Shown in pieces: positions 1-55,031 of a stretch of DNA of 64,000 nucleotides. Below the pieces are notes generated by a model. That model saw only the letters and a program-made list of their open reading frames with translations. It searched no databases and was not told the origin of the DNA. Position numbers and translations under genes: made by a program. Source of the DNA: Eledone cirrhosa (lineage: Eukaryota); NCBI GenBank assembly GCA_964016885.1, contig OZ024752.1:25606001-25670000 (forward strand), in the 5' to 3' direction. How positions within the stretch are numbered: position 1 is the first letter of the stretch; each line of letters begins with the position of its first letter.

Positions 1-701
1 CGATATTATGTGAGATAAAGCCTTTACTTTATCTCACATAATGCAAAAGCTAAAGGGTTAACCACTTAATCAATCCTATCCATCACAACATTTACACACA
101 ACCACAATTTTCATAAATCTTTAAATTGTCCATAAACTTTCTCAGCCACCATCTAATTACCCTTTCCACCATCTTATTCACACACGAACAATTTTCATGA
201 GTTATAATTCCAATATATGTTCATCATCATCATCAATTAAAAAATCGTTGTTAAAATTAGGGAGGGGGGGGAAAAATGCATAAACATGCCAGAAATACAT
301 CTATGGTCTTAGAACTCTTGATGGAGTTGTAGAGGCACTGTTTTGGGCATTTAAACTGGTGGTGGTGGGGGGGGGGGGGGGGCGATTCCTATCCTGGTCT
401 CAGCTGATTTCTTCCAGAGAAAGAGGGAGGGAAAAAGAGAGAAAGTCAGAGACATAATTGAACTGGTAGTTTATTTATCCATCTTGAAAAGATAAAAGGC
501 AAAGTTGACCTCGCCAGGATTTGAACTTGGAACACTAAGGTGTGGAATGAATACTGCAAAGAATTCTTTCTGATATTCTAATGACTCTGTCAATTTGCTG
601 CCTTATGCTAGAAATATCAACCAAATTCAAACAAAATAGTGACCATCTGTTTTACAATTTGTATATGAAAATTTTAACATATTTTTTTTCTTTTTTTACA
701 G

Positions 702-42988
<42,287 letters not shown>

Positions 42989-44359
42989 GTATGTCTGTCT
43001 GTTTGTTTCTTCTGTGTTCTTTTATTCCACCTCCTTTTCCTCTGCCTTATCATTATTGCTATTGTTTATGAAGGGTGGTCGATTGGCAGTATCGGTAGAA
43101 CGCTGGACAATATGGTTTGCAGTATATAGTTACAGCCCTTTATGCTCTGAGTTCATATCCCACCCAGGTTAGCTTTACCTTTCATCCTTACAGTGTTGAT
43201 AAAATAAAGTACCTGTAACGCATTCATTCATCATCACCATCATCATCATCATCGTTTAGAGTCCATTTTCCCATGCTTGTATGGGTTAGACAGGTCATCC
43301 ACCCTAGGAGGCAAGTCTGGCCAGAGTTGGCCATGCCATTGCTCCGATGAAGACTGTAAATTTGGGTATTTTACAACAGCTGGATGTCTTTCCTAAGACC
43401 AACCACATTTACAGTGTGGAATTGGATGGCTCTGTTATGAAGAGGGACAGGCCAGTTGGCCACGCTGAACAGTTCACACAGCAGACCCTCATTTCCGATG
43501 TCAGATGCCACATGGCTCTGCTATGAGGAGGGACAAGCCAGATGGCCTTCACATAGTGGATCCTTAGTTCAGATGTTGGATGCCACATGGTTCAGCTATG
43601 ATGAGGGAAAGGCCAGCTGGCTGCACCAAACCCATTCTCACAGCAGCAGCCCTTTTTCGGAGTCGGGTACTCTCCATAATTTGAAACATGCTGAACCATA
43701 GTTTCGGAGCCTGGCACTGGATGACACTGCTATGTGGAGGGATAGGCCTGTTGGCCATGCCGAACCCTTTACACAGCGGGTCAACATCTTAGGGACCGCA
43801 TTCACAGTGTTGTACATTCAGCCACAACGAACCCTTCTGAATGCGGAACCACATTTCGGGAATTAGTTTCTGAAAGGGAATATACATAGTCTACAAATGT
43901 AAACCAAATTAGCTGGAGTGAAATTTAAATAAATAAGCTAATTACTATAATTTTCTTATTTTACGTTTTTCAAATAATTGTTCTGCATCCCCTTGTAACA
44001 AAGTTACTAAGACAAAACCTATATATTTGCTTGCATAAGTATACATCTGTATATATATGTTGGTAGATATACTAATTCTTTATAATTATCTCCAAATTAT
44101 TTTGTTGAGCAAAAATTTGCCAAAATTACTACTATAGTTCATAGTAACAGCTTGCCTACTGTCATTTTAATACCCCACTCCTCACTGATTAACCTCGATG
44201 TCACGTGATTGATTCTTTTGAATTTGCCACCGAACAAGAAGGCAGTGATTTTTTTTCAGTGTCTTGGAATTTAGTCCCCACTTGCTCTTTTACATCCACT
44301 GAATATTTTTGTATAAGTTCCCTGTGTCCGCGCATCGCCAGGTATCTTAGCTGAGAATG

Positions 44360-44440
44360 ACTCCCTGATGACGAAAAGGTTTTTCCATGGTTTACATTCC
44401 CTTTCAGTATATTCCCTTTCAGAAACTAATTAGTTGGAGT
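44360..44440 (+). ncRNA. Type-I hammerhead-like motif with a long, partly degenerate stem II
   Basis: actcc-CTGATGA-cgaaaagg...ccctttca-GAAAC taatta GTT^ggagt; palindromic AACTAATTAGTT. Confidence 0.6.
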
Positions 44441-44514
44441 GAAAGTAAGCTAATTACTATAATTTTCTTATTTTACATTTTTCATATTTATATGTATATA
44501 TATATATGTATATC

Positions 44515-44586
<72 letters not shown>

Positions 44587-44797
44587 TATATCTATATGTA
44601 TATATATATATATATATATGTATATCTATATGTATATATCTATATATATATGTATATATATATATATATATATATCTATATCTATATATATATATATATA
44701 TATGTATATCTATATGTATATATCTATATATATATATATGTATATCTATATGTATATCTATATATATACGTATATCTATATGTATATCTATATATAT

Positions 44798-45391
44798 GTG
44801 TTTTGATAGAGATGCCTACTGACTGTAGTAGGTTTTTACTTTGTATTTAGGTAAGGCGGGTCTTCTCTATTACTGAGTACCGCCAAAGGTCTCGGTCCAG
44901 TGACATTGTCTTGGAGAGGTGTAAGCGTGTGAGGTCGGAATTTATCAGCTCGTCCCATGTTTTTCTGGGTCTGCCTACTCCGTGGCTACCGTCTATCTTT
45001 ATTGCCCTGCACTTTGTTATACAGCTGTCGTCTTTCATGCGCATCACGTGACCGTACCAACGTAGCCTTCTCTCGAGTAAACAACATCTGATCCCTCTTA
45101 TTTCTAATTTTTTCCTTAGTTCGTTTATGCTTTACCGTTCACGTATATTACTATTGCACATCCAGCGGAGCATGGAAGCTTCGTTGCTCTCTAGTCTGCG
45201 TATATCCTCTGCACACAATGCCCAGGTCTCACTGCCATGCAGCATTGCTGTTCGTATGCAGGCATCGTATAACCTGCCTTTCATTTTTAGGGAGAACCCT
45301 CTAGCGGCTAATAGTGGTATAAGCTCTCTGAACTTTTTCCATCCAGTTCTGACTCTAGCTACTGTACTTTCAAAGCACCCTCCACCACTGC
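44798..45391 (-). mobile_element. RTE fragment (ORF C-terminus only), truncated at both ends
   Basis: Encodes MRMKDDSCITKCRAIKIDGSHGVGRPRKTW...EKTRLT*; matches the 61530-62120 copy, including its post-stop sequence. Confidence 0.9.
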
Positions 45392-45491
45392 TATATATAT
45401 GTATATATATATGTATATATATATGTATATCTACATATATATGTATATCTATATATATATGTATATCTATATGTATATATATATATATATC

Positions 45492-45534
<43 letters not shown>

Positions 45535-45585
45535 CTATATGTATATATATATATATGTATATGTATATATATATATATGTATATA

Positions 45586-45628
<43 letters not shown>

Positions 45629-45860
45629 GTATATATATATATGTATATATATATATGTATATATATATGTGTATATATATATATGTATATGTATATATGT
45701 ATATATATATATATATGTATATCTATATATATATATATCTATATATATATATATCTATATATATGTATATGTATATCTATATATATATATATCTATATAT
45801 ATGTATATGTATATCTATATATATGTATATCTATATGTATATATATATATCTATATGTAT

Positions 45861-48800
45861 ACAATTCTTCTCTCCATTTCCACGCTCAATTCCGTACATA
45901 GTCCAAACAAACATCCAATCTCGCAAAATCCGAAATCTGTATTTTTTTTTTTTTTGTTATCTATTTAAGGTTTAAATACGGTGTTTTTGTCGTATTGAAC
46001 AGAACAAATCTTGCAGTTTTGCTTTTTGTTAAATCGCTTGTTAAACATTCATAACCTTCCAGCTAGCTAAAACATTCATAACCTTCCAGCTAGCTACCCC
46101 ACACCCCTCCCTCCCGCCCCCACACGCCACCATACTTCACCATACTTAATACGTGGACCAATCATAAGCCAGAGCCCCCCCCCCCCCCCCCCCCGCATCA
46201 CCACCATTATTATAAGCCAGAGCCCCCCACCCCCACCCCCACGCATCACCATTATTATTATTACGCGGACCAAATCATAAGCCAGAGGCCTATACTATCG
46301 CTTGCCCGGTTGCCTTCGATATATGATGGATGGATGGATGGACGGACGGACTGCGGAATCCTGGAGAGTGGAAGGGAGAGAAAAATCTGGACGCCCAGAG
46401 CGAAAATGCCAAAGTTAAAGTCAAATTCACCTCGTGGACGAGAATGCGAGCACTCCTCTTTGTTTCGTCCGCGGAGGGCTAACATAACCCTATCTCCTCC
46501 CGCCCCCCACCACCCCCACCCTCCAAACGCAACCCAAAACTTCAGAGTTGGTACCATAAATGTAGGCACCCTAAAGGGTCGCGCTAACGAGGTTGTAGAA
46601 ATGCTTGAACGTAAGGAGGTCGATGTTTGTTGTATTCAAGAGACCAGGTGGAGGGGTGGGTCTGCTAGATTCATTGAGGGTAAAAAACGATGTTATAAGC
46701 TTTTCTGGGTGGGAAACGACGATGGGCTGGGTGGAGTAGGAATCATGGTAGCAGAAAAGTGGGCAGATAAGATAATAGACGTAAATAGAGTGAACGACAG
46801 AATAATTAAAATAAGACTTGTCCTCAATAGAACTACGGTGACAGTAATATCTGCGTACGCACCCCAATCCGGACTGCCCGGCACTATAAAAGACAGATTC
46901 TATGAGACACTGTTGCTAACTACCTCCCAAATATCTGACAGTGACTATATAATTATTGCAGGCGACCTAAATGGTCACGTTGGACAACATTGTGACGGCT
47001 ATGACGAAATCCATGGAGGCTATGGGTTTGGTACTAGAAATGAGGAAGGCTCCAGAATTCTGGAATACTGTGATGCAAATAACCTAACTATCTGTAACAC
47101 TAACTTCAAAAAACGTGACAATCACCTGATTACCTATAGATCCGGGGAACACACAAGCCAGGTAGATTATATCCTTACCAGAAGACGTGACAGAGTGTCT
47201 GTTGTAAACACTAAATCCCTCCCCCATGAAGAATGCACCTCCCAACATAGACTGATAATTAGCGACCTCATAGTCAGGACGAGACGCACCCGACAGCAGA
47301 AGAGGACTATCCTCAGGAGGAAAATATGGAAACTAAAGGACCCCACAGCCAGAAATAAATTTCAAAGCATATTACTTGATGCTTTCGACAGTAAGGAAGA
47401 GCATCTAGAATCGGACAATATAGAGGGACAGTGGAAATTTCTGAAAGCAAACCTGCTGTTGGCGACAGACGAAGTCTGTGGCTGGAGCAGGCCTGTAGGC
47501 AGGAGGAGAGTAACATGGTGGTGGAACAATAGGGTGGAGGGGTCAATTAAGGCCAAAAAGCAGGCTTGGAAAGTATGGCGGGATGGGGGAAGTAGAGTAG
47601 ACTATCAAGTGGCCAGGAGGGAAGCTAGGAGAGAAGTGTACTTAGCAAGAAGGGAAGCTGAGGAAAGAAAGTTCAAGCATGTTCTACAACGCGATGACCA
47701 AAAACGTGAGGTGTTCAGGATTGCCAGGCAATGCGTCAAGGAAAACCGTGATATTGTCGGGGAGAAGTGTGTACTTAACGATGATGGCATACTTGCCATC
47801 ACCGACACTGATAAGAAGGTAGCTTGGAAGTGTCACTATGAAAGGCTACTAAATGAGGAGAATAAATGGGAGAAAGACAGTCTCCCCCTTATCGACCCGA
47901 TAGAGGGACCAGCAGTGTTAGTCGAGGGGAGTATAATAAGTAAGGCAATCAAGGATATGAAGACTGGTAAGGCGGCTGGGCCTTCGGAAATAGTTGCTGA
48001 GATGCTGAAGGCATCTGGCACGGTGGGACACACCATGGTCACCCGCATAGTTAACCATGTCGTACAGAATGGGGTTGTTCCGAAGGACTGGCATAGCAGC
48101 ATCATCGTTAACTGTTATAAGGGTAAAGGAGACGCCCTAGATAGGAGTAACTATAGAGGCATTAAATTAATCGACCAGGTCATGAAGGTCACGGAAAAAG
48201 TAATAGCGCAACTAATCAGAGAGAGAATTGATCTAGATGAAATGCAGTTCGGGTTTGTGTCAGGCAAAAGCACCACAGACGCTCTTTTCATAGTACGACA
48301 ACTACAGGAGAAGTACCTAGCTAAAGGTAAACCCCTCTACTTAGCTTTTGTCGACCTGGAGAAAGCCTTCGACAGAGTCCCCCGCTCCATTATCTGGTGG
48401 GCTCTTAGAAAACTAGGCGTTGACGAATGGCTTGTGAGGGCTATACAAGCCATGTATAAAGAAACAGTCAGCAAGGTTAGAATTAACAACGAATATAGTG
48501 AAGAGTTTAGCGTAAAAGTTGGCGTCCATCAGGGCTCTGTTCTCAGCCCCCTACTATTTATTATTGCCCTTCAGGCTATAACAGAGGAGTTCAAGACAGG
48601 CTGCCCATGGGAACTCCTATACGCAGACGACCTGACACTCATAGCGGAATCAATGGCCGAGCTAGAGAAGAAATTCCAAACATGGAAGCACGGCCTAGAG
48701 TCAAAAGGACTTAAAATTAACCTGGCTAAGACCAAAGTTCTAGTTTGTAGGAAAGAAAACAAGGCGGCGGTCCCTTCTGGGAAATGGTCGTGCTCGGTAT

Positions 48801-49941
48801 GTAGGAAAGGCGTAGGTAGAAACTCCATCTTATGTCCTAAATGCAAAGTATGGGTGCATAAAAGATGTAGTGGGATCACAGGTAAGCTAACTAAGAACAT
48901 AGACTTTACATGTGGCCGGTGTTCTGGTGCAATAAGTAGCAGCAAGTGCCCACAAAATACTAGCTCTTTCAATTGCGCAGAGGGTTCTATAGAAATAGTG
49001 GACAGCTTCCGTTACCTGGGCGATAAAATCAGCAGTGGGGGAGGGTGCTCTGAAAGTACTGTAGCTAGAGTCAGAACTGGTTGGAAAAAGTTCAGAGAGC
49101 TTATACCACTATTAGCTGCTAAAGGGTTCTCCCTAAAAATGAAAGGCAGGTTGTACGATGCCTGCATACGAACAGCAATGTTGCATGGTAGTGAGACCTG
49201 GGCATTGTGTGCAGAGGATATACGCAGACTAGAGAAGAACGAAGCTTGCATGCTCCGCTGGATGTGTAACAGTAATATACGTGAACGGCAAAGCATAAAC
49301 GAACTAAGGAAAAAATTAGAGATAAGAGGGATCAGATGTTGTTTACTCGAGAGAAGGCTGCGTTGGTATGGACACGTGATGCGCATGAAAGTCGATAGCT
49401 GTATTACAAAGTGCAGGGCAATAAAGATAGACGGTAGCCACGGAATAGGCAGACCTAGAAAAACATGGGATGAGCTGATAAACTCCGACCTCACACACTT
49501 ACACCTCTCCAAGACAATGTCACTGGACCGTGACCTTTGGCGGTACTCAGTAACAGAGAAGACCCGCCTTGCCAGTAGGCATCTCTAACAAAATACACCC
49601 CTCCCGCCGCCACCCCCACCCCATCCACACCACCCCGTTCTATGTAAAGTTATGTTGGTGCCGCGCCATCCAGGCCGAAACAAATGAGATCGTGTAGGTG
49701 TCACGACAAAAAAACACACAGTCCACGCTGTAATGTGGCCGTGTAGGCAACACGGTAAAAACCTCCCAGACCCACACTGTAAATGTGGTTGGTGTTAGGA
49801 AGGGCATCCAACTGTAGAAAACCTGCCAGACAGTCCTATGCGAGCAAGACAATCACTCTTGCCTCAAGTGGGACTACCCCCGTCCAAACCCATGCAAGCG
49901 TGGAACACGGACGTTAAACGTTGATGATGATGATGATGATG
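45861..49941 (+). mobile_element. Apparently full-length RTE non-LTR retrotransposon with (GAT)n tail
   Basis: ~450-bp 5' region with short tandem duplications, an intact ORF, and a ~350-bp 3' UTR ending ...ggacgttaaacgtt(gat)n; (TA)n on both sides. Confidence 0.88.
46310..49588 (+). CDS. RTE-clade LINE single ORF: AP endonuclease + reverse transcriptase + PHD finger, uninterrupted (first in-frame ATG at 46334)
   Basis: APE motifs GTINVGTL, CCIQETRW, SAYAPQ, AGDLNGH, QVDYIL; RT motifs AFVDLEKAFDRV, VGVHQGSVLSPLLF, LLYADD; RTE C-terminal [22 protein letters not shown]. Confidence 0.95.
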   Translation: MPSIYDGWMDGRTDCGILESGRERKIWTPRAKMPKLKSNSPRGRECEHSSLFRPRRANITLSPPAPHHPHPPNATQNFRVGTINVGTLKGRANEVVEMLERKEVDVCCIQETRWRGGSARFIEGKKRCYKLFWVGNDDGLGGVGIMVAEKWADKIIDVNRVNDRIIKIRLVLNRTTVTVISAYAPQSGLPGTIKDRFYETLLLTTSQISDSDYIIIAGDLNGHVGQHCDGYDEIHGGYGFGTRNEEGSRILEYCDANNLTICNTNFKKRDNHLITYRSGEHTSQVDYILTRRRDRVSVVNTKSLPHEECTSQHRLIISDLIVRTRRTRQQKRTILRRKIWKLKDPTARNKFQSILLDAFDSKEEHLESDNIEGQWKFLKANLLLATDEVCGWSRPVGRRRVTWWWNNRVEGSIKAKKQAWKVWRDGGSRVDYQVARREARREVYLARREAEERKFKHVLQRDDQKREVFRIARQCVKENRDIVGEKCVLNDDGILAITDTDKKVAWKCHYERLLNEENKWEKDSLPLIDPIEGPAVLVEGSIISKAIKDMKTGKAAGPSEIVAEMLKASGTVGHTMVTRIVNHVVQNGVVPKDWHSSIIVNCYKGKGDALDRSNYRGIKLIDQVMKVTEKVIAQLIRERIDLDEMQFGFVSGKSTTDALFIVRQLQEKYLAKGKPLYLAFVDLEKAFDRVPRSIIWWALRKLGVDEWLVRAIQAMYKETVSKVRINNEYSEEFSVKVGVHQGSVLSPLLFIIALQAITEEFKTGCPWELLYADDLTLIAESMAELEKKFQTWKHGLESKGLKINLAKTKVLVCRKENKAAVPSGKWSCSVCRKGVGRNSILCPKCKVWVHKRCSGITGKLTKNIDFTCGRCSGAISSSKCPQNTSSFNCAEGSIEIVDSFRYLGDKISSGGGCSESTVARVRTGWKKFRELIPLLAAKGFSLKMKGRLYDACIRTAMLHGSETWALCAEDIRRLEKNEACMLRWMCNSNIRERQSINELRKKLEIRGIRCCLLERRLRWYGHVMRMKVDSCITKCRAIKIDGSHGIGRPRKTWDELINSDLTHLHLSKTMSLDRDLWRYSVTEKTRLASRHL

Positions 49942-52310
<2,369 letters not shown>

Positions 52311-54785
52311 CTCTTTTACTCTTTTACCTGTTTCAGCCATCCGGCTGAGGCCATGCTGGGACACCGCCCTTGTTGCTACACATTTTATCTCCAGCCTGTA
52401 TAGGTTGGCCACTGGTGTAGGAGGGAGTTTGTTGCTGCTGCCCTTAGGTTTCCCTCGTGTCCTGCTGTGGGCTCATCCGGGATCCTGGATAACAAGGTGT
52501 CGAGATGTTTCTTAAAGACATCCACCTCCACGTCATGCAAGTCTCGCAGATGCCTCGGCAGCCTGTTGAAGAGTTGCGGGCCCTTGAATCCCAGGCTATT
52601 GCAATACCTGCTCCTTATTCTAGATGTGGAAGACGGGACCTTTGGCACCACACAGTGACGTCCTGTTCGACGGTTGGTCCAGCTCCCAATGCCAAAGTTT
52701 GGTGCTAGTCCCTCCAGGATTTTCCACATGTAGATCACTGCGTATCTCTCCCGTCTTCGCTCCAAGGAGTAGAGGTTCAGTTCCTTTAGCCTCTCCCAGT
52801 AGCTTGTCTCCCTCATCTTGGCAATCCTCTTGGTGTAGCTTCGCTGGATTGCCTCAAGCTCCGTGGTTAGTTTGACACTATGGGGTGACCACAGCTGGGA
52901 GCAGTAGTCCAGGCGGCTTAGGACAAAAGTCCTCCACAGTGTCAACATGGTGTCTCGATCTCTTGTAAGGAAAGTCCTCAAGATCCAGCCAGCGAATCGT
53001 CTACATGTTGTCGCCACCTTCATGATGTGTGAAGAAAAAGATGCATCATCGCTCATGTCTATGCCCAGGTCTCGTATCGATTTTGACACGGGGATATCGG
53101 TCCCTCCTGGTCCTGTGTAGCTGTGTTCCGCTATATTTGTGTTTGTGTTTGCAGGTTTGTATTGTAGGGCTTGGAATTTGCCAGCATTAAACTGCATGTT
53201 GTTTTCTTCCGCCCATCTGTATATGGCATCCAGATCCTGCTGTAAGAGGGCAGCGTCAGCCGGGTTTTTGATTGCCTGTGCTACCTTAGTGTCATCAGCA
53301 TAGCTAGTGAGGGATGTTGTTGCATGCACCACAGAGGGCATGTCCGAGAGAGCCACCAAAATCAGTAGTGGTCCCAGGACTGTCCCCTGGGGCACCCCAC
53401 TTGTTATCGATGTTTCCCTCGAGAGGGCCCCATTTGCTGCGACTGCCTGGCTTCTGTCCCTTAGGAAGCCATGTAGCCACTCACCTACTTTTCCAGTTAT
53501 GCCGAGTCCGTGTAGTTTGTGACATATCATTCCGTGGTCGACCTTGTCAAAGGCCTTCGCAAAGTCAAGATATATCACGTCTACGTGTGAGCTGTCTAGT
53601 AGTTGTCTCAGTACCCAGTCGTAGTGATGTAGCAGCTGTGTAAGGCAGCTTCTTCCTGGGCAGAAGCCATGTTGCGTACTAGTCAGGCGGTCATTTTCTT
53701 CAAGGAAAGTGATTAGTTTCTTTCTGACGACTCGCTCCATGACCTTACTGATATGCGACGTCAGGGAGACTGGCCTATAGTTCTTGGCCTCCGCTCTACT
53801 ACCTCCTTTATGGATAGGGCATATTGTGCCTTCTTTCAGCTCCCTGGGTAGTACACTGCTAGCCAAGGAGCTTCTGAAGAGCATCTTCAGTGGAGTTGCT
53901 AAGGCCCGCTTACATATTTTTAGGAGAACTGCTGGGAATCCATCAGGTCCAGCAGCCGAGTCTGTTCTAATTTCATCAATGGCGTACACCACATCCTCCT
54001 CCGTTATGTCTATGTGGTTGATGGTTGCCATTTCTTGATGTAGTGTTGTGGCATCAAAGAACTCCTCTGGCTTCGTTATTTGCATGTGCCTCAGTGGACA
54101 TGTGAAGACACTTTTGTACTGTTCGTTCAGTATTTCACATATCTCTTGGGGGTTTTCGGTTAATGAACCGTCCGTGTGGAAGAGTGGCCCAATCTTGCAG
54201 TGTACTGAGGCAGTTTCTTTTGCAAATTTAAAGAAGGCCTTAGGGTTTGTTTTAATGTTTTCTATGGCCCTGTTCTCTTTCTTTGCCCTCTCATTCTCAT
54301 GTGAAAGTTTGAGTGCAATCTCGGTGTCAAGTAGTGCACGTTTCAAATAGGATTCCTTCTTGTTTTGGTTTTGTTGACTATTCAACTGGTTTGAGAGTTT
54401 AGTTCTACGTCTCATAAGGATTTTCCTATCTCTGGGAATAAGATTTTTGTGTCTGTTTGCCTCTTTCTCCGGGACACACTTTTTGCATATGGTGTGTATC
54501 GTTGTCATGAAGTGTTGAAATTGTGTGTTAGTGTCTTGTGTGGCGGTGTTTTCACTCCATGTTTGCTTCCGGATTTCACTCTTAATCTTTTTCCAGTTAG
54601 CCTTGTAGAAGTTAAGGATGGATAGCGTCCCGGAGCTTCTTGGTGGTTTTGTCTCTGTTGGTTCTCTTGGACCACATATCATTAGCTCTACTAAGTTATG
54701 ATCCGAGAGAATTGTTGGTGTCACCTTTACATTGTGGATGAGCACTTCGTTGTTTGTAAAACAGAGGTCCAGGACATTTTCGCCT
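52311..54785 (-). mobile_element. 5'-truncated CR1-like LINE with (TAAAAGAG)n tail; ORF 52385-54745 open
   Basis: End of APE ([11 protein letters not shown]...SDHNLV); [39 protein letters not shown]; CR1-type C-terminus [32 protein letters not shown]. Confidence 0.9.
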
Positions 54786-54806
54786 ATATATATATATGTA
54801 TATATG

Positions 54807-54947
<141 letters not shown>

Positions 54948-54948
54948 G

Positions 54949-54995
<47 letters not shown>

Positions 54996-55031
54996 GTATA
55001 TATATATATGTATATATATATATGTATATAT

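Noticed and set aside
44260-44274. Possible terminal TBCD exon (tttttttcag|TGT CTT GGA ATT TAG, CLGI*)
   Set aside because: Phase-compatible but too short to verify and located inside the repeat-like 521-bp unit; needs transcript evidence.
45861-46310. HDV-like ribozyme expected at some RTE 5' ends
   Set aside because: I could not identify the nested double-pseudoknot pairings by eye; a descriptor search is needed.
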